Source of the DNA: Entomortierella parvispora E1425
Taxonomy: Eukaryota > Fungi > Mortierellomycota
DNA: 64,000 nucleotides
Reading direction: 5' to 3'
Assembly (NCBI GenBank): GCA_020891255.1
Contig: BQFW01000011.1
Location: 1,488,001-1,552,000 of the forward strand
Part shown: piece by piece, positions 29,160 to 41,544 of the stretch
Layout of the letters: each line of letters starts with the position of its first letter
How positions within the stretch are numbered: position 1 is the stretch's first letter
The notes under the pieces: model-generated
What the model was told of the DNA's origin: nothing
Seen by the model: only the letters and a program-made list of their open reading frames with translations
Databases searched by the model: none
Translations under genes and position numbers: made by a program

Positions 29160-31720
29160 ATGGCCACACCCGCCCATACCCACAGCACGCCCACGGACGC
29201 AGACACTTCCTCGAACAATCCACAGGATCTGCATCACAAGAACAGTGCCTCGCTCGACTCGTCCTTCGTCTCAGTCCACGATCAGACTCCCTCGTTGGCT
29301 TCGTCCACATACAGCATTTCCGATGTCGATAGTCCTCTCATGACAAAGTCTTCGATCCCTCTCAAGCAACACAAGCACCAGCCAACTCACAGCAGCAGCG
29401 GAAGCAGCAGTAACAAGAAGGGCAGTGTTCTTTCGCGTATTCCTTCCTCCGCCTCGTTCTCGCATAAGCATGAATGGCCTAACGGCAAGCGACCCCGAGG
29501 CTTCCGCACTGCAGAGGGAAAGGAGGCGGCTGAGAAGAGTAAAAACTACAAGACTGGCGTCTCCATCCCCCATCTGAGTGCCCGCTGCAACACATACGAG
29601 GGAGTCTTGAAGCATGCCATCTTGGGAGCTATCCGTAAGTTGGCAACCTGTCAATTGATCCCGACAATACGCAATGATAGGAGGAACTTGAATCGTCCGC
29701 ATTTAATACCCTTTTCAATTTTTGACCTTTTCCCCCGCTCCGTTTTTCCTTGTTGGTGTGATAGGATCCGGAGGAGTGAGTTACGGAATGAAGGCCATGG
29801 TGAACCTGTGCTTGGGCATGCTCAAGGTCATGAAGGGAAAGTATGTAACTTTCAGATAGGAGAGCAAAAAATGGACCGGAAGCAATTTCTTTTGGTGGCA
29901 AGGCCGATCACTGCAATTGGCTGATCGGTGATTCGTTTATGCATTTTGCCCTTTTGTGTACTGATAGGGTGACATTTGGACATATTCTCAAGGATTCGTT
30001 CCTGGGCATCGACGCCATTCGCTTCGGATCCTTCTTTTCCATGTTCTCGTTCCTCTGGAAGTTTGTCAACAACGGCCTGAAGCTCTATCGCGGAACAGAT
30101 GATCGGATCAACGGAGCTGTTGCCGGTGAGGAACTTTTCGTGGGTGAATTATACATTTGCCACATAGCGGGGGTATCCATGCTGATGCCGCGTCTCACTC
30201 TCATCTATTATAGGCGCCATTGCTGGCTTGGCCATCTTGATCGAGAGCCATGAACGCAGAGTGAGTTTTGCACAGCAGATGCTAGTCCGGTAAGTGTGTG
30301 GTTTTTTTTGGCAGCGGACTGCTAGTTGACTGGTCAACATGAATCAAGGATAGCAGGAGGGTCCGACTTCTCATCCCTTTCGTATGGAAAATGTGGAAGG
30401 ATCGCTCGTCCGGGAAATACGCTGACTAAGTCGGAATCGCACACCATTGGACTGCAGCGGCCAAATGCTTGCCGCGGTTTGTTTGTGTTGACTGACGCTG
30501 ACAACCTATTATCTTGTATCTTCTGCGCACCCTAGAGCTGGTCAAGGAGTCTACAATGCCGGAAAGCACCGTGGAGTGTTTTCTTTCCGTCATGGTGATG
30601 CTGCTCTCTTTGCACTGGCTTGCGGCCAGGTCTTGTACGCCTACACGGTAAGACTTTTCGCGACCCGAGAAATGATTTTTTCAGCAATCTTGCATGACTT
30701 TCGAAGAACGCGCCTGCTGACCCCCCGATCGCTCAATCAGATGCAACCCGAGTCCATCCCTCCAGAGTATCTCAAGTTCATGGTGAACACCGCTCGTGTA
30801 CCCGTAGAGGCCTTGGCTTTCAACAGATCCCGCGTACGTGGATTCCCTGTGGATGTGAGCCGGGTGCAGGCTCTGGTCCGCCGATTCAAGGGCACCCCCA
30901 AAAACCTGGAAACGGTCTCTAAGCTCACAGAATACACCGACATTATCCCCTGTGCCGTCCTTCACCCCTCCATCGACTCTTGCACAGTGAACAATGCTGA
31001 GCGTTTTGTTCAGGTGACCAAGAACATTCTTCCTGTCTATGCCACTCTTAATTTCGTGCCCCTTCTCGTTCTCAGGATGAAGAGACTTATGGCCGAGTAA
31101 GTGAAAGTTCCAGACTCTACGAGTCGCCTCTTCGGTCAACGCGACAATGGTGCTAATATATGTTTCCCCCCTCTTTCTCTAGTCCTGTGAATGTTCTCTC
31201 AAGGACCTCCTTCAACACACTTCGGTCCTCGATCTTCCTTGCCGTTTTTGTAGCTGTTTACCAGTCACAAATCTGTGGCCATCGTAACTTGGTCAAGTGG
31301 GGATGGGCTTCGGGCAACAGCAAGTACCACAAGTACCTGTACTGGCTCTTTGGTGTGACTTGCTCTGGAACAGCCATTATGGTGGAGCAGGAGAGCCGTC
31401 GCGCTGAATTGGCCATGTATGTTTTGCCCAAGGCCGCCGAGAGTTTGTACAAGATCCTGTACCAAAAGAACTGGATCAAGGGCGTGAAGCACTGGGAGGT
31501 GTTGATGTTTTCCTCCGCCATGTCCCTCATCATGGTAAGCATCTACTGTGTCAAGCGGAAGAGAGAAGGAACGGTTGCCATTGCCATTATCTCCTGGGTG
31601 TACAAATGACTAACGTTTGGTCGTTTAATTTCTTTTTCTCAGTCCTTCTACCAGCAAGAGGAACAAGTGTTGTCACCCTTTGTCACCAAACTCATTTACC
31701 ATATCCTTGGAAGACACTAA
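29160..31720 (+). CDS. TMEM135: TMEM135-like multi-pass membrane protein (560 aa)
   Basis: join(29160..29634,29765..29840,29968..30125,30214..30289,30536..30647,30741..31096,31183..31534,31643..31720) = 1683 nt in frame. Motifs INGAVAGAIAG, VLYAYTMQPESIPPEY and VEQESRRAELAMYVLPKA are typical of the family. Confidence 0.8.
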
Positions 31721-32280
31721 TCTGCATCATGGAAAATATCCATTCCATTCCGATCTCCCTCTTCTCTCACATCTACATCTAATGACAAAAAGCAATCAAA
31801 TATACCAGATGCCAGGAACCACTAAAATGATCATGCTAGAATAAAAAAGAACTCCCCCCCTCTGACAACAAAGCTTGCAAAACCCGTCTTCAAGGTCATC
31901 GCAGAGGTGATCTCTAATCATGCCTTGAGCGAGAGCAACTGTCAGGAAAGAGACGCGATTCGTGTACTATCCTTCGACAAACGCAAGATCATCCTCGGGC
32001 AAATGGAGGGCATGAGCAGGATATTATCTCCGCAAGTGGGTCAAACGCGCCCATAAAGCATGGTGCCGATTTCGCTCCGCAGAGTAAGCTATTGCCCGCT
32101 TGACGCAAGATGTCACCGCGATGGCGGCGTAAATGTGTCTTTCCAGAGCATATATTTGGAGACGAAGCTCTGTGCCTTAAAAGATGGATCCAAAAGTTTG
32201 GTCGATGCCACTTGCAGACACGATCCCACCGGGCGACTGGAAAGATGCCAAGAAGCGGATGCATATATATTATGTTTGCC

Positions 32281-32375
32281 TTGCTGAAAGCTTGGTTTCA
32301 TGATCCTTAACAGCCTGCGTGGAGGGTGGTAAGGTCGAACTGCACCTATTGAAAGTAGATTGTCAGCTTTTTCTC

Positions 32376-32414
<39 letters not shown>

Positions 32415-33737
32415 TATGACAGAGTCGTTTGGACCATGCAACAGGAGAACTACTTTTTTTTTTGATTTCATTTGAGACTTTAATAAGTGATGCAGAAGGC
32501 TATTGAAGCTACGGCTGCCGTGTCTTGTCGGTCTGTCGATGCGGGGATTGTTGTTGAGTACCTGTCCCTACTTGCACCCTTGCCAAGGGAGAAAGTTGAA
32601 AAAGAGGAGGACGAAAGGGGAAGGAAGGCAAACTCACCATGATTTCATTGCAACCAAAAGCTCGAGTCCTTGATCTAGTCCTTGATCTAGTCCTTGACCT
32701 AGTCCTTGATCTAGTCTGTGAAAAAGCACCTCCAACAACAACACCAGTTTATTTCATATTTGCATCCTGAATGACTCCTGCTCTTGATCGTCCTGTAGTC
32801 CGGTGAAAAGGATGAAAACGTTAGTAAATGAGTATGTTAGTAAGTTAGTAAAGCACCCCCAACAACAACGCCAGTTTATTTCATATATGCATCCTGATCT
32901 TGACCTAGACCTGTCAACGAAAGAAAAGAAAAGAAAAAACTGGGACAGAAGAGAGGGTGAGTACCAACCAACTTTTTCCTTTGGATCAGAGAGCGAGAAA
33001 GAGAGCAAGAGAGAAAGAGAGAGAGGTGAGGAGGCAAGAGTGCAAGTAGGTGAGAAAGGGAAGGAGAAAACGAGATCAGTGAGAGCAGATGTCCAGCAAC
33101 AGCAAAAAGGAACAAACTTGTTGTTGAGAGGCAGCGTGGTGAAAGGTGAAGGTGCCGGCGAATGTGGTGAAGGTGGGAGTGAAGGGCTGAGGAGAGTGGG
33201 AAGTGGAGAGGGGAGTGAAGGGTTGAAGAGAAGAAAAAAGCGAAAAGCGAAAAAAAAGGCGAGCACCTTTTGTGCCGCGCAACTTTTGGCCCAGCAAGAG
33301 GAGGGTGACGACAACGCATGGGCATCTCGCTTGACTGATGACGAAGTCTCTATTCAGTTCGACGCGGATTGAATGGAAGAGAGTGGCCCGGGTCCTCGTT
33401 GTCGGGAGGAGGAAGGACATATGAAAAAGGAAAAGGAAAAGGGAAATGGATAGAACAAAGGAAAGGGAAAGGGAAAGGGAAAGGGAAAGGGAAAGGGAAG
33501 GAAACGATCACCAAGTGCGCTGATTGGTTGCTTGGATGAAGGGTTGGAAAGACGTTGAAAGCACATGTAGAAAGTGCGGCTGATCGACATTTCAGAGCAT
33601 GGAGAGAGGTCAAGGGATAGAGGGACAGAGTTGTGGTCATCGCCCTCACCGTCATCATCATCATCATCGTCACTATCACTATCACCATGAAGGAAGGGAG
33701 GAGGAGCAGAAAAAGAGAGAATGAAAAAGAGAGAGAA
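32281..33737. repeat. Left arm of a ~1.45-kb inverted repeat (giant palindrome)
   Basis: Reverse complement of 33976-35431. The core is near-identical; the outer ~50 bp and inner ~40 bp are more diverged. Confidence 0.95.
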
Positions 33738-33975
33738 CACAAGTGGAGAGTGGAAACATTTACATGGTGACCATGTCCCTCTCCCTTTCTCTCTCCGGCC
33801 CTTCAACTTCTTTCGCTCTTGGAAAGCCTCACAGCGATGAGGGATAGAGGAGTACCACTGTAACTGTGTTGTTGCCATCATCATGGTCATTCTCATCAAG
33901 ATGAAGGAGGGAAAGCCGGGTGGAAAAGACAAAGAGGCATTTGCACAAGGACCATATCCACTTCTTTTTTTTCAT

Positions 33976-35305
33976 TTCTCTCTCTTTTTATTCTCTCTTT
34001 TTCTGTTCCTCCGCCCTTCCTTCATGGTGATAGTGATAGTGACGATGATGATGATGATGACGGTGAGGGCGATGACCACAACTCTGTCCCTCTATCCCTT
34101 GACCTCTCTCCATGCTCTGAAATGTCGATCAGCCGCACTTTCTACATGTGCTTTCAACGTCTTTCCAACCCTTCATCCAAGCAACCAATCAGCGCACTTG
34201 GTGATCGTTTCCTTCCCTTTCCCTTTCCCTTTCCCTTTCCCTTTCCCTTTCCCTTTCCTTTGTTCTATCCATTTCCCTTTTCCTTTTCCTTTTTCATATG
34301 TCCTTCCTCCTCCCGACAACGAGGACCCGGGCCACTCTCTTCCATTCAATCCGCGTCGAACTGAATAGAGACTTCGTCATCAGTCAAGCGAGATGCCCAT
34401 GCGTTGTCGTCACCCTCCTCTTGCTGGGCCAAAAGTTGCGCGGCACAAAAGGTGCTCGCCTTTTTTTTCGCTTTTCGCTTTTTTCTTCTCTTCAACCCTT
34501 CACTCCCCTCTCCACTTCCCACTCTCCTCAGCCCTTCACTCCCACCTTCACCACATTCGCCGGCACCTTCACCTTTCACCACGCTGCCTCTCAACAACAA
34601 GTTTGTTCCTTTTTGCTGTTGCTGGACATCTGCTCTCACTGATCTCGTTTTCTCCTTCCCTTTCTCACCTACTTGCACTCTTGCCTCCTCACCTCTCTCT
34701 CTTTCTCTCTTGCTCTCTTTCTCGCTCTCTGATCCAAAGGAAAAAGTTGGTTGGTACTCACCCTCTCTTCTGTCCCAGTTTTTTCTTTTTCTTTTCTTTC
34801 GTTGACAGGTCTAGGTCAAGATCAGGATGCATATATGAAATAAACTGGCGTTGTTGTTGGGGGTGCTTTACTAACTTACTAACATACTCATTTACTAACG
34901 TTTTCATCCTTTTCACCGGACTACAGGACGATCAAGAGCAGGAGTCATTCAGGATGCAAATATGAAATAAACTGGTGTTGTTGTTGGAGGTGCTTTTTCA
35001 CAGACTAGATCAAGGACTAGGTCAAGGACTAGATCAAGGACTAGATCAAGGACTCGAGCTTTTGGTTGCAATGAAATCATGGTGAGTTTGCCTTCCTTCC
35101 CCTTTCGTCCTCCTCTTTTTCAACTTTCTCCCTTGGCAAGGGTGCAAGTAGGGACAGGTACTCAACAACAATCCCCGCATCGACAGACCGACAAGACACG
35201 GCAGCCGTAGCTTCAATAGCCTTCTGCATCACTTATTAAAGTCTCAAATGAAATCAAAAAAAAAAGTAGTTCTCCTGTTGCATGGTCCAAACGACTCTGT
35301 CATAC

Positions 35306-35336
<31 letters not shown>

Positions 35337-35431
35337 GAGAAAAAGCTAACAATCTACTTTCAATAGGTGTAGTTCGACTTATCAACATCCAGACAGGCTG
35401 TTCAAGGATCATGGAGCCGAGCTTTCAACTA
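33976..35431. repeat. Right arm of the ~1.45-kb inverted repeat
   Basis: Mirror of the left arm. The ORF track shows the same peptides on opposite strands (e.g. 33076..33420- and 34298..34642+). The spacer is 33738-33975. Confidence 0.95.
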
Positions 35432-38400
35432 GGTAACACACCAATGTGGTTTCGTCCGCACGTCCGCACGTCTGCTGGAATGATCGCGACAAAGAGCGTC
35501 TTGCACAAAAACAACTCACGGGCCACATGAGGTTGGTATCACCTTAACCATATTTTGAACTGTGGATCCAACGTTTGAGAGCAGTGCACGGTGCAGCTAG
35601 AGTTTTAACTTTTCTTGCTTTTTTGTCAGTCTTCAGGCACAGCTCTCTGCCGACCGATACCATCCGTTGATTCCTCAACAAGGAGGCCAATTAGTTTAGG
35701 ACAGGCCAAGGCGGATCAAAGTCTCAAGCAAGGACAGACACATGCAAAGTGACAAAGCACAGAGCACAGGGGCACATGGGTCGCTATTACGGCGCTGTTG
35801 GCGACATGGCTTCTACTTTGCCAGCAATGAATGTATGATCACCGGCACAATCGCATGCTATCAATATGGTTGCCGTGATTCTAGATCTTCTGCTCACTTG
35901 ATCAATGCAGGGTATCCTTTTTACATTCGCAGCCCAGGTTGCTGCCTCCGTTGCCTCTGACAGTTGATTAAAGGCCGCACTGGAGGAGAGGCCCTCATTG
36001 GCTCATGTTCTGCTTCATGTCCATTGCTGTCTATATTCGAAAGTTGACGTTCCCCACTTCCTGATCACGGCCACGGAACTTCATCCCTTCGGGATTCAGA
36101 ATCATACAGTGGAGATCCTACTTGTTGCCGCCAAAGACCACGAAAGGGGGAAAAAGAGACAACTCGATTGTGCCTGGATCTGTGATTTGCAGTCCGCCCT
36201 TCTTGAAGGTCCGACCGGAGGATGTTCCTGAATCGTGTGGATCGCCCTCTTTCATCCGAAGCAACATCCTTGTGATCAGAGAGCTGTTCTCCCCTATTGG
36301 GCAAAGTCAAAGGAGGGGTGAACTGACGCGCGAGATCGATCCTCTCGCGCCGTAGGCCCAGGAGACACGCGTTTTCCCTGCCAAAATGATCTCACTTTCG
36401 TATTGTTTGGTTCTCCCTGGCTCAACCGCGGACCTGACTGATCTACATGTAGCTAACTTCCTTTGACCTCTTATCTTGTACCTCTGTCTGCAATTAACAA
36501 TAAACCAATCTCCCCTTTCCTTCCTTGTCCTTGCCTCGTCTAACGTGAAGTGTGGACAGAAAGAAGAAAGGCTGAGCGAAGATGAGGGAGGAGGGGGAAA
36601 GCAAGAAGAGGGCTTCAAGGAACGAACGAGTAAAAAAAAAAAGAGTCGTTCCTATCAGCTGGACGGAGAATAGGCCCTCCTTCGCTCCTGTTTTACCTTT
36701 TTTGCATTTCTACTCCTGCAACCCAGGTTACCTTCGCTGTTTGCCCTTAAGGAAGTGACCGCGGAGCCGTGTAAACTCGACTACCATGGTCCACCCCCAG
36801 AGGTTGTTTTGGGCGACAGAGCGATGCGCAGCATCCGTTATCCATCTCGGCCATGGGGCAGCAGGTTGTAGTTCTAGTATCCAGAAGCCTAGCAGGCTGT
36901 GTCACGACGGCCAGATCCAGATCTTCATCTTGGCTCCAAGGACTGTCTGTTCAAGGCTGTAGTAGCCTGCGATCAGGGCCCACTGTCAGGGCTGGGCAAG
37001 CCGACTTGATCTGAGCATCCGAGGCGATGGCTGCAATCATCTTCTGCCAGGCAGGGAATGGTCAGGTCAAAACAGTGAGGGCACCGCTCATAAAATCATA
37101 CCAGTCAAAGCTCAAGACACAGAGAGATGGAATGAAAAGGGATCCGTGGACCACTCCTTCCAGCCGCTGACTTCATCGCCTCAGGCAGGAAGCGCGTCAT
37201 ATGAGGCAGAAGGCGTGGCGCATGCTTTATTTTTATCAGAGGTCTCTCCTGGTCCTTATGATATGGGGGTTGGGCTCTTCAAACCTTCCAGGTAAAGGCA
37301 GTGAAAAAGACAGGTAAGGGCGAGGCTTGCGGGGTGGCTTTACCGTGGGACAGGAAATGGTCACTTGTGAAGCGGCAGGTCGACACGCGTCTGCTGGAGA
37401 CGCTCCTGAGAACAAGTGAGAGGAGCCATTGGAGGCGTGACAGGAGATCAGGAGGAGAAAAGAGGGGCTGGCAAGGGTTTTGGGGTCGAGAGTGAGGGTA
37501 AGGGAAGACAAGCAGGGTCGAAGACCAGGTTTTTTTCCCCATGCTTTCACACTCACCAAAAGACCTGCAACAGTCGTTTCTCTGGTGGTACTGGCGCCTG
37601 CTTCTGGAGGCTCAACTCGGGCTGACACCTTCACGGGTAAAAAACCTGTACGCTTCATGCAAAGATGCCGAGGGGCGCGCCTCGAGGCCTCGGGGCACGG
37701 CCCTCGAGTGCCCATTGATTTCTCATCCCGTTGTCCGCTCATGTTACTCTTCCAAAAGACAAACAGTCGCTTCCTTGGTGATTCTGATGCCTCCGTCCGA
37801 AGGCTCAGCTCGAGCTGCGCTCTCACGGGCAAGAACACCTCGTGCAAAGATGGCTGATAGGCGTTGCTTCCAAACCCCCTCACGGCGCCCAAAACATTCC
37901 ACCACTTTGCTATTAGTATAATTAGGACAAACCAGGACCCTTTGATTACAGCACAATGCGACAAGATTGCAACGAGTGGTGCCCAGAAGACGAATTCGCC
38001 GATCAAACAGCTCAGTCGAAACGCAAGAAGAGAGGAGCATCCATCACACAAACACCGTAGTGTTGGAATGAGAAAGGACATATTTGAGGGCGAAATAAAG
38101 TCAACTGGCGGATAACGAGGGGGGCAAAACGGGAGCATGCAAGGAGTGAACAAGAAAGAAAATCGAGGGACAAAAAAATGTAACGGAGAGAAAGAACAAA
38201 GGATCGAGGAGTGGGATGGGCGTGGGCTCACGGTTGCACGCCAGAGAGGCTCACTCTGGCATGTCTGCGGCGAGGGAGAGAGAGAGAGGAGAGAAACAAG
38301 TCGAGAAGCAGAGATGATGCACTGAAGGTAGAGGAAGAATGATTGCGCCCACAGAAGGAGCACACGACTTTTGGTGTGAATCTGCACTCTGCATCCCTCC

Positions 38401-38530
38401 GGCAATGGGTCCATCTCTTCACTCGTCAGTTACTTTACCGAGGAGCTCTCACGTCTGCCTCTGTGACCACATTCGGCTTTGCCACTTCTTGACGACCCAT
38501 CTTGACATTTTACGTTCTTTCTTCCTTCCT

Positions 38531-38537
38531 TATAAAT
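38531..38537 (+). promoter_or_regulatory. Candidate TATA box of the CotH gene
   Basis: TATAAAT about 115 bp upstream of ATG 38646, in a CT-rich context. Confidence 0.4.
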
Positions 38538-38645
38538 TCCCTCGGACCACCTCTCTCTCTTCACCCCAGTTTTTGTCTCCCTAGTCTCATCACTTCACTG
38601 TACTCTTTGCACTTTGGTCTTAATCCATCTTGCATATTCTATAGA

Positions 38646-40464
38646 ATGATCATGTTCATCCTCCTGGTCCTGTTCGCCATGGCCTCCAATGTTTTCGCTG
38701 ATGGTAAGAGTCATCGCCTTGTACCTTCAGCCCGCTTCTGTGGTCTCTTTCAGATGCTGTGGTCATAGTGGTGTGATCTTGATGCTGAGCGCTCTCTCTA
38801 TTTCCATGAGCTTGTCATCAAACATTATCTTCACGACATCCTGGTTCTCCTTGAAGACGCGTCAAAAAAAAAAAAAACTAAACAGACGACCCTACTCTAC
38901 CTCTACTATTATAGCCGTCTACAGTCTAATCGCTTTCCCCGCCGCTTCAGACAACTCATTTGCCGTGGAGATTGACAACAAACTGTACCCTTTGCATACG
39001 TCCAAGACTGCGTTTCCTCTGTGGTCTGGCTCGGCGGCGGATGCCTCCAGCTACCGTTACGTAGAGGTCAACAGCGAAGGCACGGTGGTCAAGAGCGAAA
39101 AGTTCACACGCAGTTTTGACCATTCAGGGGCCACCGCCACCCTCAACGAGTTTTTCGAACGCAAGACCACCATCACTAAATTACCCATCGTGAAGCAGAC
39201 CTACAAGGACGTGCGTCCTAAGGCCTCCCCAGCCTTTGACGACTCTCAGATTGCCACGATCCACCTCACCGTGGACCAAGCCGCTTTTGACAAGATGCTG
39301 GGCGAGCCCCTCGTGGAACAAAAGCTCTCGATCGGCTTTAAATTCATCAATGCCAACGTTGTCTACTCGGTCGAGAAGGCGGAAATCAAGGTCTCAGGTC
39401 ATGCCTCACGCAAGTACAACAAGGTCTCGTTAGGGATCGAGTTTGACACGACCAAGGGCGAAACGTTCTTTGACCGGCCAGCCATCAAGCTCCGAGCCGA
39501 GCGCACCGATGCCTCTATGATGTCTGAAAAGTTGTACACAGATATCCTCAACTCTGTCGGCGTCCCCACAGTCCAAGGCAGCTATGCCCGCGTTTACGTG
39601 AATGGGAAACCCCTGGGTTTCTTCTTGATGGTTGAAAACATTAAGGAGGCCTTCTTCATGAACACTGTTCATCATGGTGAAATCAAAGACGTCAAGGCCC
39701 TGGGTTCTTTGTACAAGATCAACTCGGGTAAATCGGGCACGGATCGTTGGGGCGCCTTGGGCTACATTGGCAGCCATACCACTGACTATGATCTCGGACT
39801 GTATAAAAACCAGATCCTCGGTGCCAACCCAGCGAATGACGCTATGAAACAGCTCATCACCTTTATGAAAGAACTTCATGACTGGAATCCCGCCTCTTCC
39901 GGGGGCGTGGAGTACTGGAACGAGCACCTCGACCTCCAAGGGTTCCTGCGCTCGATGGCCGTCGAGTACCTCACCGGCGCCTGGGACCTGTTTTGGTGGA
40001 GGGCCAATAACTATTTCATGTATTTCAATCCACAGCGCAAGATCTGGCAGTTCATCCCTACCGACTTTGACCACACTTTTAGCGATGGCCGTCGTCCAGG
40101 CGTTGAAACAACGTACAAGGAGTTTGGACAGACACTCCCGGGGGGTGGCAAACCCGACTTTCCTCTGGTGAACAAGGTCATCTACGGGAACAAGGAGACC
40201 AACCGGGAATTCGAGACTATCCTGCTCACCACTACCAAGAATGTCTTCAACAGCGGTGTCTTGGATGCGCGAATTGACACGTACGTGACGCAGATTCAGG
40301 AGGATGTTGCCTGGGATTACTCCCTTGACCGTTCCCATCGGCCAGGTGTGGATCCTCACTGGACTATCAAGTCCTTCCAAAAGTCGATCAATGGTCCCGA
40401 TAAAAGTTTGAAGTCCTGGATCAAGGGCCGCGCCGAATCTGTACCTCGCCAGATTCCCTCATAG
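38646..40464 (+). CDS. cotH: CotH-family spore-coat protein kinase / invasin-like protein (535 aa)
   Basis: join(38646..38703,38915..40464) = 1608 nt. Signal peptide MIMFILLVLFAMASNVFA, then AVYSLIAFP. CotH motifs IKLRAERTDASMMSEK, YARVYVNGKPLGFFLMVE, EYLTGAWD and FIPTDFDHTF. Confidence 0.9.
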
Positions 40465-41544
40465 ATAGAAGATGCCTTCCTAATAATTGTGAGCAAGAGA
40501 ACATTGAAGCATTGAAGGATGAAATACCTCTCTTGCTACCCGCTTTCATTAAAGTGAAGTCCAATTCAGCATTTTCTACCACGGCCCTCGTTTTTATCCC
40601 GCTGTCACTGCCGACACATCTACACCGACTGCAGTCGTCATTGCAATGCAGTCCGTTGGACCTGCATCGACATCTCCTAAAACCATGCCAAAAACTGGTG
40701 CGTCGTCTACGCGTCCTTTCGTAACAAGCCAGTCGGAAACATCTACTTTGTCAAAGGCTATGGAGACAGCAACCGCGCTAGCTTCAGCAACTGGACATGG
40801 AAAAAGAAGGCAAGAATCTACTGCTGGTGTCGACTGGGCACAGGAGAGCGTGCGCGCGAGCAAAGATTCCAGATGGCGCTTGTTTTTTCCCAGGGACAGC
40901 AGCTTGTGCTTCGTAGATCTTTTTTTTTTCTTTGTCTCGTTTTCTACTCATCCGTCCTTTCGTCGACATCCCCTTTCTTCTTTCCTTCCTTCCATCCCTC
41001 TGGCCATGTTCTTGAGAACCAATCTCATCAATCAAAAATTAGCTACCGTGTGGACAGCCGGGAGGGTTGCTGTCCTTGATCGCAGCGCGTCCAAAAGAAC
41101 GCGTGTCTTTGACCTTTGCTGCAGTTGACTGCCGCATGTTCCACAAGAATCCGCAACAAAAAAATCTCAATTTGGATCAATTGTTGTTCGCTTGCAAAGT
41201 TTCGTTGCTTCATGTATTTCTGGTTGTAGTCTATGTTCGTATAACTGAGGGTATCGTTATATTCTTGTGATGGAAACCTTGGTTACGATTGAAACAAATC
41301 CTTAAGCCACGGCGGAGGGAGCTGCGATCAAAGGATTTCGTCTTGGGGAGGTTGCTGACAAGCCGCCTTGAAACAGATATAAAATAGAAGAACTCAGTAA
41401 ACTCGGTACAGCTGAACTGACGTCGCAACCTGCATTTAATCCAAAAAAAAAAAAAAAAAAAAAAAAAACATGACATAGAATAAAGCAAAAACCTACAGTC
41501 CAGATACCGATTCGGCTGGTAGACCAGCCCTAGGAGTGACCAAC

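Noticed and set aside
32754-34965. Many ORFs within the palindrome arms (poly-FP, poly-D, Lys/Glu-rich)
   Set aside because: They arise from microsatellites and purine/pyrimidine strand bias; no domain, transposase motif or coherent gene model.
40594-40863. Minus-strand Ala/Val/Asp-rich ORF as a downstream exon of the micro-exon gene
   Set aside because: Its candidate acceptor (~40791) is phase 1, whereas the array is phase 2 and would hit TGA at once; it is likely the antisense of the Ser/Thr-rich frame.
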